DNA of 62,337 nt, filler included, from Hausera hauseri (lineage: Eukaryota): the NCBI GenBank assembly GCA_046269625.1. It is 12 parts of 12 records of this genome, joined end to end, with 100 filler letters (N's around TTAATTAATTAA, not from the genome) between each part and the next. Parts side by side here need not be neighbours in the genome. Positions count along the whole stretch, not along the records: positions 7,187 to 13,311 come from JBJURY010137094.1; positions 13,412 to 17,666 come from JBJURY010673662.1; positions 17,767 to 21,709 come from JBJURY010869071.1; positions 21,810 to 26,001 come from JBJURY010710214.1; positions 26,102 to 30,310 come from JBJURY010699437.1; 7 more parts are not named here. The stretch is one strand, 5' to 3'. Shown here piece by piece: positions 13,156 through 26,449 of this stretch; positions within the stretch are counted from its first letter, which is position 1; each line of letters starts with the position of its first letter. A program made the translations under genes and the position numbers. Below the pieces are notes generated by a model. It worked only from the letters and a program-made list of their open reading frames with translations. It did no database searches and was not told where the DNA came from.

Positions 13156-13903
13156 TATATTTTCCCTTTTAAAACGGTCAAGATAATAACCGCAAGCGTT
13201 AGTTTTACATTTCCCTCCCCCCTCCCCCCTCCCCTTCCTCTTTCCTCTCTTCTTACTTTTTGTTTTTACTTTTACAATTAAAGAAACAATGGGTAACAAT
13301 TAAGTAAGAGTNNNNNNNNNNNNNNNNNNNNNNNNNNNNNNNNNNNNNNNNNNNNTTAATTAATTAANNNNNNNNNNNNNNNNNNNNNNNNNNNNNNNNN
13401 NNNNNNNNNNNACATCTTAGTTAGAGACGTCAAAGATATTTTCTTTCCATGAGACTTTTAATCACTTTTTACCGGGAAATGAATATCAGGAAATTATGTC
13501 ACTCTTATTGGAAGGAAAATATGGATCAACTAATTGCTGACGTTTGTGAATTTGTAGTACCCCATGATTCCGAAAGGAATACCATTCTCTCCTAAAAGAT
13601 AATACTATGTATCTGAGTGACTACAAACTAGACTGAACATTCGAATAATATTTTTTGTACAGATAAAGCACTGTAATTCGAATATTCAAATGACATCAAT
13701 TCGCGAAAAGAAACCAAATTTTATGAAAGTTCAAAATTCATAATGTTGTGACGAAAACTTGAACAAATGAAAAATACTGTTACATCTCAAAGTTCAAATT
13801 GCGTTATTTTCGCTTTGTTAATAAAAGTATTATTATATTCTTAGTCGACATTATATTTTGTACGTATCTCTGATTTACAGTAAAATTCAACTCTTCAACA
13901 TTA

Positions 13904-14425
13904 CTAACAAAATACGAACCGCGATGGTAATTTCACTGTCAATTTAAAATTAAATTCGTCATCTTCATTTTCTTCATCTTCCCCTTCAAAATTTGTTTCT
14001 AATTGCGCTTCCGCTTGTCTTTCTCTGATGTGGCGTATTATTCTGTCTTCAACTTCACTATTTGAATCTTCCGATATTTCAATGGATGCCACATTCCGCT
14101 TTGATTTCAACCGCTTCATTCGTCTGCCAGATTTATCTTCATCCGTCGCATCATAAAATTCACCTTCGTCATCGTCATCACTCTCCACTTTTTATTTATA
14201 ATGATTCGATCAGAGAACGCTGTACGATAAACATCATTTTCTAATTCTTCCTCTTCATCAATATCATCATATTCCAATAGAAACTATTCAGGGACTTTTC
14301 CCGCAACATACCGAGAAACTTTAATTTTTTTCTCATTGAGATTTCCCCCTTTTCATTTGTATATGGAATTGCCCCAGCGATACATTGGATTGGGAAAATA
14401 ATACTAGGATTAATACTAGCCATCA
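13904..14425 (-). pseudogene. Acidic uncharacterised coding remnant (two broken ORFs)
   Basis: Protein-like D/E-rich composition in 13904-14188 and 14241-14441. No family recognised. Confidence 0.3.
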
Positions 14426-14975
14426 TGCAATTATAATACAATAGTTTTGTAAAGACCGTCTAACAGCCTTCAACTCTCAGTGAACCATGATTATTCTCGC
14501 TCTCCCAGTTTTCCGAACCCTGCCAGGGATCATGTCACAATCACATTTATTTTGCACACTCTGTCTTTATAACATGCACACTCATCCAACGATTTAACAT
14601 TTAACAACCCAATTTTTAATACAACCATCATGCACAACGCAACCAACATATGAACACACATACATTTATACATATTCATACACACCTATATATATACACT
14701 ATATATAATTTTAAACCCACTTGACTTCTTCACTTAATCTTCTTAATGTTGGCCGGATTCCCCAACTAATCAGTCAGTTTCCAACAGCATCCTTAATCAG
14801 AGCTTCAAAATGAAAACTTCTTATTTGTAAGTTATTTGTACAATTTTCGAGGCGGGGAATCGGGTCCGACTATTAATTCGACGCGACGGCAACTGACGCC
14901 CGGCCGTACCCGACCAAATGGGTCAAAGGGCACCGGCTGCTGTGGGCACCACATCCACCAGACTCTAAATATATT

Positions 14976-15432
14976 CATAAATCTAAATTGAAAAATTGAA
15001 AAACCACTTCTTGAATCAAAATTTTAAATTAATGTTTTTATAGTTAAATTTGTGAATATGTTTAGAGTCAGGTGGACGCAATGAATTGTTGTAAAATTGG
15101 TGTTTTGTATTATAGGAGAATTATGTGCAAGAGTAACCAAGGTCAAATATTTAAAATGCTTTTGAAATTCACTTAAATAATGTATTTAAACAATAAAAAT
15201 TCATGAAGTATTTTCTGTTTAAATACATTATTTAAATGAATTTCAAAAGCATTTTAAATATTTGACCTTGGTTACTCTTGCATATAATTCTTCTGTAATA
15301 CAAAACACCAATTTTACAACAATTCATTGTGTCCACCTGACTCTAAACATATTCCCAAATCTAACTATAAAAACATTAATTTAAAATTTTGATTCAAAAA
15401 ATGGTTTCCCAATTTTTCAATTTAGATTTATG
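14976..15432. repeat. Long imperfect palindrome (217-bp arms, 23-nt spacer), plus a third partial arm at 15448-15552
   Basis: 14976-15192 is the reverse complement of 15216-15432 with scattered mismatches (e.g. GCAAGAGTAACCAAGGTCAAATATTTAAAATGCTTTTGAAATTC and its complement). Confidence 0.95.
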
Positions 15433-16609
15433 CATGTTTAAAGTTACGTGGACACAATGAATTGTAGTAAAATTTGAGAATTATGTGCAAGAGTAACCAA
15501 GGTCAAATATTTAAAATTCTATTGAAATTCGTTTAAATAATTTATTTAAACAAAAGAAAATATGTAGAAATTTATCAACAAAAATATCTAAAAACACTGG
15601 ATAATCTGCAAAATAAAAAATCGATTTTTTGCTATGAAAAAAGTCCAAAAAAGGAAATTATTTCTCCAATGAAAGTTTTGAAATTTGTAGCCCACAATTC
15701 TACTTAATTGTTACAGTAATTGTTACACGGATACATAATACTGAATTAGGATACCATGAATAGATTGACCACATAACATTCAGTATTTCAAAATTATGAT
15801 ATTGAAAAAAATATGCCATTCTTCAGTTTTCAGTTACGTGACTATCTGCCATTGCATACCGACTCATCAAAAACTAATCACGTGCATCATGCGTCAATTT
15901 ACAAATTGTTATAGTAGGCGTGATATACTATGCAAAATTCACGAATCTACAATTTATTGCAAAGCACATTACATGACAGTTTTTAAACTGATTCATTGGT
16001 TGTGAATCAATTGTAGTTAAGTTTCTATGAAAACAAAAAGACAATTAAATGATTCATATTATGTAACCATAGTTTCGGTTATCATAAAATTAGCAAGTAA
16101 TTTACAAAAATGATGATGGAAATCTAATGATGTACAATTGTTCTTCAACTTAATCCAGCAAAAATGTTCGAAACGTTTATTTTTCATTTTGAACATCTTA
16201 TACAAGCATATCATTTTATAAGTGACAAAATCATTATCAAATTTCTTACCTGAGAACCTTCCAGGTATCTTGCAACAACTATGTGAGGATATAATCGAGA
16301 ACCGAAATTCTAAATTTAAATTAGAAACATTTTTAAATTTAAAAAAAATTAATTTAAAAGTGTAATATTAAAAGTATAATTTAAATGTAGAATTTGGGAA
16401 AATTGGTTGTGAAAATTTGTTTCGAAATAAGTATTTTGGATTATAATAAAATTTTCAACAAGTGGTGTTACTTTTCAATGAGCAATTACAAACGATTAAA
16501 TTCTGATTTAGCGGATAGACCAGGGGGCGGGGATTTTCCAACCCTACCCAAACTGGGCGACGAGGTGGACGGCGTGGATGCGCCCGCGACCAACACATGT
16601 TGAGAAATT

Positions 16610-16893
16610 CAATATATTTTAACAAATTTAATTATATGGTATTCGCAATTTTTGAATTAAGTAAATTAATAATGTTTAAATTTGTGTATGATTGTTTATA
16701 TAGTAATTATAAAACTGATGAATGTAAAATACATTTTACTGATAGTGATTCTTGCTTTGTTGAAATACATGATACATTAGAAAATATTAAAGATAAACTA
16801 AAAGAGTCGTTAATACCAAATGTTTTAGGAAAGATGACAGATGAAATAATAAATTATTATATATCAGAAGCAGTGTTTTTAAAAGCAAAATGA
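16610..16893 (+). pseudogene. C-terminal fragment of Polinton/adintovirus-type DNA polymerase B
   Basis: FNK..Y..FAIFELSKLIMFKFVYD, FTDSDS (motif C, YxDTDS) and LGKMTDE..ISEAVFLKAK parallel 61098-61530. Confidence 0.75.
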
Positions 16894-17056
16894 GGAATCA
16901 GTAGGTATAAAATTACCCAAAAACCTAAAATAGAAGTTACATCCATTCTCATATCCAAGCTGCAGTCATAGTGTTTTTCCTGAATAATGAAAATAATAGT
17001 GTTGTTGCTGTTAGTAATGCATATTTGATGATTGATCATGTATGTATCTGTTGCAG

Positions 17057-17203
17057 TACAAAGCCACAGACTATGTTGTCCAGACAGAAGGAACACTGGA
17101 TCTCGTTTTCACACCTGCAAGTGGGGGCCAACCAGTCAAACTGCCCGTATTTAACTTCAAGAAAGGTGGAGGTGTTGGCTTGGCCATGTATAACACAGAT
17201 GAG
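17057..17203 (+). CDS. IDH2: Single internal exon (147 bp, phase 0/0) of NADP-dependent isocitrate dehydrogenase, IDH2-type
   Basis: Translates YKATDYVV..LVFTP..VFNFKKGGGVGLAMYNTDE. Flanked by the acceptor ttgcag and the donor gtaggt. No other exons were found in this contig. Confidence 0.85.
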
Positions 17204-17766
17204 GTAGGTTGTTGCTGTTTTTTTTTTTGTGTGGATTGTTTCAACAGCCTTTGTCAGTCAAGTGCAGTCTGTGAGGGATTATCGATAAATTCTATTTAGA
17301 AGAACGCTATTATAAATATTAACTGCTGTTCTTGTATGAGAGCCTATCATCAATTTCCATTTTGTTGCCCATTCTTCAAGTGTTTATTGTTACACATCAT
17401 GAACACTACACTTAGAACAGATCATAACAGATTATTCTACCACATTTGTTGTAAGGCCAAGACAAGAGATATTGACCGTAAACACTGCTGCAGGGACGAC
17501 ACCGAAACTGCCGGGCAGATTTTTTGCAAGACTGTCAACTTAACGATTTGGTAAGAAAAAACTATGGCCGCTGGGTAGCCCTGTGAAAACGAAGCTTCCA
17601 TTGATCAGAGGCGAATCCTCGAAACTACGATGCAGTTTATCAAGGTTTCTGGTATTAATATATGTCNNNNNNNNNNNNNNNNNNNNNNNNNNNNNNNNNN
17701 NNNNNNNNNNTTAATTAATTAANNNNNNNNNNNNNNNNNNNNNNNNNNNNNNNNNNNNNNNNNNNN

Positions 17767-18907
17767 TTCCAATTTAGCATTGCATATCTTCAGGGGATAG
17801 AATTTGTCCTCCTCATCCAATTCCAAGATATTGATGGACATGTTGTTGACTCTTCCAAATCTTATAACTTCATCCATTGTTAAGGGAAAGGGAATGCAAT
17901 TAAAATCATAATTATGCTGGATGTTCTGATATAGTGAAACACGGTAAGCATGCTTTTGATCCGTTACGAGTTTTGATAAAATTGCATACATGAAACACAT
18001 GTTATCTCTATTATTGACATTGATGCACGCTTTCTTATTAATGAACCATTCAGAGAGCTGAATATATGAACTACCCTGTATGGAGAAGTACTTGTATACA
18101 TACACAATCAATCTCTTGATTGTTGCCAGAGTCCAGCCGCTCTTCTTATCCTGGCTCTCCCCGGCTTCACGTATCAGTTTCGCGTGCGCCTCTTGCAGCC
18201 ATTCTACTATATTGGTGTTTTCCTATATCGGCCTATTTTTGGTCTTGAAGACCCTATTGGATTCTTCGCCATCAATATTGATGTATGTGGCCTCCAGTTT
18301 CTTGTTCACTTTAAGGGCTTTGAGCTCAACCATGTTGTCCTGAAGAATTCCCTTTGTCCCATCTTTTGTGTATAAAGGAAAATCTTGGAGGGTTGTTTGA
18401 CCAGTTGCATCAATAACATATTTGCGGATTTTTCTCTTTAATGCTGTCACATCAACTGGCCGCTGCCTTTGACTTCTTGATGGAGCCGCTTCGCCTGATG
18501 TGCCTGCGCCTGATGTGCCTGCGCGTTTCAATTCTATTATGCTTCGCAGTTGCTGCACCAGATCAAGCAGTATAATGCGAAGCAGCATACTGCGAAGCAT
18601 CGTACTGCAAAGCAGAATACCACGAAGCAGATGCATCAAGATTATGTTGCTCATTAAAGATGGCCTTCTTTGACTTTGACGTGAAGTCTCTCAAATGGGT
18701 AATATAATCTACATAAAACTGCATGTTTTCTCCATCATATACAGCCTCACATCCTGGACAAATATAATAGAGGATTCTGTTGTATTTGAATCCACAGTAG
18801 TTTCTCATGATATTATAGCAGTTCTGAGGGTTGTGTAATGCACATATGCAATACACGTATGAACTGCATCTTTGATTTTCCTTAGTCATGGAAGTCATTA
18901 TTGGCAT
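17767..18907 (-). pseudogene. N-terminal part of Polinton/adintovirus-type protein-primed DNA polymerase B with a Cys-rich N-terminus (frameshifted, runs off the contig)
   Basis: ELKALKVN, SGWTL, GSSYIQL..INKKACINVNNRDNMCFMYAILS and FPLT..F..VNN.SINI are typical N-terminal motifs. Homologous to 58213-59220. Confidence 0.8.
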
Positions 18908-18999
18908 AGTGGTATTGAATATTTGTTTTTCGACTTTGTGAAGGAAATCAGGTGTTGTTTATGTGCATTGTAAAAGTCTTCATAATTGGTTTGGCACAC

Positions 19000-20392
19000 T
19001 GCCTCACATGTAGGACATATATAATATTCAGCCCTGTTGTAAAGCCTCATGTGTATGGCTGAAATATTTCTTCATAAAGACAATTTTCAGGCTCGTGGAT
19101 TTGAGCCAAGCACTCTTTCTATAATTGCACATCTAAAAATAAACCAATTATTTGAGGAGCACAAATAAACATCTCACCATTCGTGGAAGTGATTTTGGAA
19201 ATAATGAAATATATAGCCATATCATCGCACACATCCACATTTATGGATTTTTAACATTTTGAATTTTCGACCATTATAGAACACTTTGTTTTAATGCATC
19301 AAATAAATTAAATGCTCTTCGGCCAAAAATTTAAAAGGTTTTCGTACATTTGGAATCGAATGGCGTCATTAGATTCTTCGAATAATGCATGCTTGACCGA
19401 GTTTTCGAGTTCGAATAGCTAAATATTCGACTTTAAGATCAAATTCAAATATGTGACATCATATTCCGATTGGATATATATGGATTTCTATATGTGAGCG
19501 CTTAAGGATTTCTCGATTTCCGCCTCACTGGGCTTTAAATGCACATTTTGCTTCATTCGAAATATTGATTATATATCTATATAGCACATATTCTTGGAAT
19601 AGCTTTAATGGATTTAGGGATATTAATACATGGGGAATCGAATGTCGTCATCAGATTTTTCGAAAAGTTCGAAGATCGGTATTCGAAGGGGAAAATGTTT
19701 GAATTTCTAATATTCAACTTAGTATTTGAGATCTCCATACCCAGATTCCTATCTGTCCCTGCCAAATGTTATATCGAATTTTCAGTGTTTAGGAAAAATA
19801 AACATATGAGAAGTCTGCCCCACCTCATTTTCAAGTTGATATTATTCGAAATCCACTCAATAGATTTAAATTCCAATTGCACATTCGTATAGTGCACCGT
19901 TTTTCCAATCGATTGTACCCGGTTATGTGCTAATCATCAATATTGGAATTATCGGAAAACCGACATTATTGATTTTTGCACTTGCATATGTGCAGTGCAC
20001 CTGCACAGTGTACGCTAAGATGCATCTCGATATGCTCTATCAACCTGCACTTGGCGCGATCGATTCAATCAATCCTAGGCCGTACAGCTACAAAAATGTG
20101 ACAAGTGTAAAATTGCCATGGCAACGGTGCCCAAGGGCACTTACGCCTTGAGAATTTCCCGATTGGTAATGCACCGCGTGCACTACCGACCAATACATGT
20201 GACATGACGATTTTATCGATTTTTATTTTATACCGGAAAGGCCTATGGGAGTCTGTCTCAGTTGTCATTTTACCGAAAACCAACGGATCGATTTAAATTC
20301 TAATTGCAAAGTTGTATAGAGAATCGAAAAATTGCACCTAAATCGATTGCACCTGGTGCAGGGTGCCAATCATCAATATTGGAATTGTCGGT
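19000..20392 (-). repeat. Non-coding region upstream of PolB, shared in partly rearranged form with 56930-58150
   Basis: For example, 19081-19170 is the near-exact reverse complement of 57993-58082. Further matching blocks at about 19625, 19850 and 19950. Rich in TCGA/TGCA palindromic motifs. Confidence 0.8.
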
Positions 20393-20787
20393 GTAATGTT
20401 CCACCTTACAAAAACAATAAATAAAATCAAAAAACATACCAAATAGTAGTAACAAAATCAAATATATCAAAAACAAAATCTCAAAATTTAAATTTCTCAA
20501 AATTCAACATCATAGATTTTGTCAAAATAAAATATTTCAAAAGACAAAAATAAAATCACGGATTCACCAAACATAAAAATTTCTCAAATTCCTACAACAT
20601 CACAGATTCAATCAAAATAAATTGAAATACTAAAATTAAATCATAAAATAAATCAGGATTACAAGTGCCGAAGTAACCAGCACTTGTAATAATAAAAATT
20701 AACAATCAAAATCTGTGGATTTAATCCGCTTGTTTAAATCCACAGTCTAAAGATTAAACATTATATTGAAAAAACACAAGAAACAAG

Positions 20788-21709
20788 ATGCCGGAAAACC
20801 AAAAAACAAAACCAGCTAAACAGCAGAAGCAATAAAAATGCCTTCTTCAACCAGCCGATACGACATGAAACAATCATCCTCGACCAAGGCCCCGAAACCG
20901 GGAAAACCTATCTTCACGGAAGGCACGAAGGTCACATCAGACGGCGTCGCCGTCCAGGAAAGGAGTTCGACTTTCAATTCAAATTACCGTATCCCTAAAC
21001 GGTCGAAACCGATGGAAACACAAAATTTGGATTACGTTCCGGACACTGCTAGCAAGCAAGAACAACCACTCCCAATCCAGCGAGACGCCGCCTCCCGCGG
21101 AAAACGCCGTCGCGACACAAACAGGCGAGCCCCATACCAGTCTTATTCGGAGTTTCTAAAGGTACAGGAGCTCCTACAACGGAGCCGTTTCGTACTGCAC
21201 TTGACCCGTCTAGGTCAATACGACCCCTCGCCTTACCGACGACCACGCTTTATCGGTTCTAGGAGGACGGGGAAAATCGACGCCTTTTTGTCTCGTCAGT
21301 TTTCCTGCCAGTCTTACTAAGACTTATGGCGGCCTCCGACCGCCTCTACTAATCCGTGGCACCATCGGAGAGCAAGTTAGTCCCGACACGACAAGATCAC
21401 TAACGAATGCCTCGAAAGACTTATAGCCCAGGCAATGCACCGAAAATACTTCGTCGCCGATTTCTTGACCCGGCACCAAGAAAACACGCACCGTCGGATT
21501 CGAGTTCGGACGATACTCCGATTTGTGTACGTCGAAACCTCCGAGCCAGCCAGGAGCTGTCCTCCACGGACGTATCATACACCTCGGTGGATTCTGCGGG
21601 AAACATTGTCAATAGCAATAAACGTTGTGTCAATTATTCAACCTTCTTCATGCACCATTTGGTGTTCGCTTCTGTTTATTGTATTATCGCCATGACGTTG
21701 CGGGTAGGT
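20788..21709 (+). other. GC-richer Ser/Thr/Pro/Arg-rich broken ORF downstream of an A-rich repeat leader, probably retroelement-derived
   Basis: Abrupt compositional shift, basic low-complexity ORFs at 20838-21320 and 21407 onward, NYRIPKR motif. No domain recognised. Confidence 0.3.
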
Positions 21710-21809
21710 NNNNNNNNNNNNNNNNNNNNNNNNNNNNNNNNNNNNNNNNNNNNTTAATTAATTAANNNNNNNNNNNNNNNNNNNNNNNNNNNNNNNNNNN
21801 NNNNNNNNN

Positions 21810-24800
21810 TCGGTGATCAAACTATTGTATTTATCAATTCGATCACGTGGGGTGATGAGCTCATCCAAAATAATATTTCCTCCAAGATTTATAATGGTAG
21901 GTTCTATGAGGGTTATCTCCTTATTACGTAATGGTGCTAAAAGGTAAGCAAAATTTGTTGCTAATATGACTATTTGGTCTCTTGATTTCAATGGTAATCT
22001 GGAAAAGGATGTTCCAGTTATAAGTTGGTCGCGATTGGGTAAGTTTGAGGGATAAATAGGTTTTTTAGAATCAATCTGGGGAAAGGTTTCTCTTCGAGTA
22101 ACTTCCATATATATTATTGGAGATGGACTTCCATAAGTTCGTAAAATGATCGTTACATTTCGGTAAAAATTTTTATCCAGGCGAATTGTGACATTTAGAG
22201 TGTCAGTAAAATCATTTAGATGTGCTCGGCTTTTTATTTGGATATTGCCTTTTGCTATTGATATGTAGACTGACAGTTCGACTAGAAATGTCTATTAAAT
22301 CTGACAGTTTCGCAGAGACATTAGGTAGTTTCATGATCAATCCGGATCTTTGATGGAGATGACCTTTTAAGTTGTTTGGTATGAGATTTGCTTTGTCATA
22401 ATAGACGTAATCTTTATTATCTGTTTGATTTAAATTACTGATAATATTGAAATAAAAAGACTTGGTTTTGTCCACAACCTCGGATCCTTCTTGAACTAAA
22501 AAGAATTAAATAAATATTATCCAAGATTTGAGAAAAGGAGTATAAACAAAGGTACTTCTATTTATTTTATAGTTTTTAAGGATCGCAAGAAATTTAGTAA
22601 CTTCGTTCTGTATCTTTGTGCAGTAATATACAATTATATCTGTTGTTCGATAATCTTGTCTAGCTATTTGATTTTTATTGCTAAAGTGAGTTAACGGGAA
22701 ATCTTGCCGTTCATGATAGGTCGGGTTTTTAACCGGTGGTTTCTTTATTGACGGACAATTTTGCCACTTAAAGGTTTGTTGAATTTCGTTATTAGGTGCG
22801 CTTATGTTCCCTGTTAACTTATCTTGGGAGTCTTCCATTAAAAGTTTTCACTGGTTTATTATTTTTCTTATTCTACATTGTCCCTGTCTCATTTTTGAAC
22901 AATAGATTGTTGAGTGTAAAAGAACGCATAATACACTAATTATCCAAAGATATTTGTCCGAAATTTCTTTGGATTTTTGTGTAGCCATTCTTTGTATAAT
23001 TTTTGGGGTTGTTATTATTGCTGTCTTAACGTTTTTTCTGTACGAGAAATTGTTTGTAATTTTTCTCTTTCATCGTCTAATTTTGTTATGACGACTTTAT
23101 AATTTGTGTCGGCTTTCAAGAAGATACAAGCCGATGTCCGTTCTTCTGGAGTATTAACTCCGTCAATGACCATCTTATTATGACGAAAACATTCAAACTT
23201 TATGTTTGTATTCCTTAAGTCGGACACTGTAATAATTAAGGAATGTGTTGTTGCTTCACAATTACAACTAGTTCTTTGATAGGCTTCTTGATTTCGATCA
23301 TTATTTTCGTTGATGGCTTTATAGTAAAAGTTGTTGTTTTAGTTGAAGTAATTGTAGTTACTAGTGGGAACCATTCCATTAACTCTGGTCCATCTGACCA
23401 TGTTGACCATGTTTGGTTTGCATTTTATAATGTCAGTTTTATTCTGAATCCAATATTCTAGGATTTGACATTTTGATATTGGAATTTCTGTTTCGACTGT
23501 CACACATGGCCTGTTATTGATGACTTTAAAGTAGAATGAGACGAGAAAATATGGTTGGTAGCAGTAATGAGTCATACCGGGATATGAAAAGTATGTTCTA
23601 TATGAGTGATCCTTTGTTCCAATTGCGTATTGGATTCTATAAAATACTCAAAATGTAAGTCCGAAACAAGTATGAATTGAGTGGTTATAATATATGTCAC
23701 AATATTCTGTTGTTGCTTTATATATTGAAAGTATTTTTGATATAAATATGTGTATAAATTCCTCTACTGTTAGGTTTCGATGAACCGTAAATTTTATACA
23801 AGGATATTTTCCAAATTGTACGGCTTTGTAATTTAGATCTAAGGGCTGAGCTGTTATACAGGTCATTAAGGTTAGCATTAGAAATGTTGCCATTGATAAT
23901 AAGTTGAGGTTTCCATTCCTTATTTTTGATTCTATTGGTGCAAGTTTGCATCTATGCACAAGGACTTTTATTGGGTCCAACTTATTTCTTTTGTTTTTGT
24001 TTAAGTAGATGTTAATTTCATCTACGTCTTTGACCGTATAAGGGCAATTGTATGATCTGTCTAATTTTGATTTCTTTCCTTTCTTACTCAAGGGTGTATG
24101 AAGCATAACTTTATCTCCTGGTTTCAAGTTATGAGACTTTGTTTGTTTATCATAGCGAACTTTGTATTCTTTTTGACAGATCTTCATATGTCGCAAAGCC
24201 AGGTTCCACACATAACCAGGTTTCTCCTCTAATAACTCTTTATATTACACTTCTTTTAGATGAGACACAGGCGTTTTCAAATCTATGTCGACTGGCATGT
24301 AAGTATCCCTAAGGTACATCAAATAGAATGGGATTTCTTTGGTTGCAGGATGGATTGTAAATCTAATGGCAAACAGGCAGATTTTAATAAATTCATCCCA
24401 GTCTTCTTGTCGTTCATTAACTATTGCTACTAAAATGTTAGTTAGAGTTCCATTAAATCGTTCCACTGTTCCATTAGTTTGTGGGTGATATGGAGTAGTT
24501 TTCAATTGTAGTATATGAAATATTTTTGATATTTCTGCCATTACCTCCCCTGTGAAGTTTGGAGCCTGATCCGTTAACAATTTAGTAGGTGCTTAATAAT
24601 TAAATACAATTTCTTCAACAAATACCTGTGCAATAGTTTGGGCCTTTTGATCTGGTACTGGTACTACAACCGGCCATCTAGAGAATGAATGAACAAACAC
24701 TAACATATATTTATTTCCGTTTATCGTTAATGGCAGTGGTCCCAGAATATCCATCGCTGAGAACTCCATGGGAGCGGGTGGACATTCTAATGCTTTCAAT

Positions 24801-26001
24801 GGAACCTTAATTTTGGAGCCGGTATTTTTCCGCGTTGCACAAATTGAACAACTTTTACACCATCCTTCTACATATTTTGGTATACTATACCAATAATATG
24901 TTCGTTTCAATCGTCCTAAGGTGCGTTTTACCGACTGATTTCCTCCAAGCATACCATCATGATATTGTGTTAATAGTAGGTTTATACCTTTTTGTGGTAC
25001 TACTATCACCAACTTCCCTCTGAGGTCATAGTACATAATACCGCTTTTTATTTCGTAGTTTTCTGCAAACTTTTTCAGGTGAACATGGAGATCAGCATTC
25101 CTTGTTATAGTTTTTTTTCCTATAAATTTTTTCATTTGATTTATCTGCTTGTAATCTTACTGTTTTGATAACATTGATTTTTCTTGTTCACTTGTGCCCC
25201 AGATGGCCGCCATTACACCGGGTTTATTCGTTATTTCTTTTTTTTGATCCATCACTTCAGGTATTCGTGACATATAATCGTCATTTGCGTTGGCCTTACC
25301 GGTTTTATACTCAAACTTTAAGTCATAGGGATGAAGTAACACGGCCCATTTCATTAGGCGGCTATTTGGGTTCTTATGGTTTCTCAACCACTGTAGTGGC
25401 TTACGGTCGGTGTAAATAACAATAGGTTTAGTTTCCGACAAATACTGTCCATACTGTTTCAACGTATATACAATTGCGAATAATTCTCTTTCGATTGTGG
25501 GGTACTTTTTCTCATGTTTTCTTAGCTTTATAACCTCCAAACGATATTGGATCTTCCTGTCCTTGATCGTCTTTCTGTGACAGAACGACTCCAATTCCAA
25601 CTTTACTGGCATCTGTAGCTAAGAAATATGATTTAGACATGTTTGGATAAGCCAATATTGGTGGAGTTAGTAAATTATCCTTTAACTGTTGCGTACGCTT
25701 TTTGACATTCTTGACTCCAAACAAGTTTAGAGCTTTCTTGTAATAAGAAATGCAGCGGAGTGGCTATTTCTTGATAATCCTTAACGAATCTTCGACAATA
25801 ACCTGTAAAACCGAGAAACTTTCGGACTCCCTTGACTGTTTTTGGGACTGGAAAATCTTGTATTTTATTTATTTTTCCAATCTGAGGGCTAAGGCATTCT
25901 CTGCTTACGGTATGCCATAAAAAATTAACTTTGGTTCTAGCAAAACAACATTTCTTTAAACTTATTTTTATACCATGAAGGACGCACCTCTCTAACATAT
26001 T
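21810..26001 (-). mobile_element. Degenerate second copy of the Gypsy family with Pol-fused membrane protein and exonuclease-like cargo
   Basis: Colinear homology to 43910-48250 through RT C-terminus, RNase H (ATDAS, ERELFA), integrase (MDILGP, TDQAPNF, NGTVERFN), signal peptide, ectodomain and the start of the exonuclease fold (IILDELITPRDRIDKYNSLIT). Many stops and frameshifts. Confidence 0.93.
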
Positions 26002-26449
26002 NNNNNNNNNNNNNNNNNNNNNNNNNNNNNNNNNNNNNNNNNNNNTTAATTAATTAANNNNNNNNNNNNNNNNNNNNNNNNNNNNNNNNNNNNNNNNNNN
26101 NTTATCGGCGCAACGAGTGCACATTATATGAGTGCATCTCAGCAAAGCATATTTTCTCCCGAGGGGTCCAAAGCATATGTCGCAAGGTGTTGTTCCTGAA
26201 ATTGCCAATACTAAAATTCACTATGATGCTAAATATATTTTACAATAGATACTTTATTCCTTAAATCTAAATCCTTATTACCATTATGTGCTCCTCACTC
26301 GGGGCACCAGTTTATATGTTGGTGGTACAGGGGTCTTAATGAACCTTAGTTCGTACCTAACATATAAATTAGTTCTTATTAAGTAATTATCCATCATTCT
26401 CGGTCCGATTTCATTCTTACTCAATTGGTTTTAACTGTCGGGCTGTTCA

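Noticed and set aside
11829-13299. Long hydrophobic ORFs (450, 278 and 273 aa) that look like membrane proteins
   Set aside because: They are translations of the pyrimidine strand of a GA-rich low-complexity tract.
14448-14842. Possible solo LTR (TGTA..TACA with AATAAA on the minus strand)
   Set aside because: No convincing target-site duplication, PBS or PPT, and no second copy in the window.
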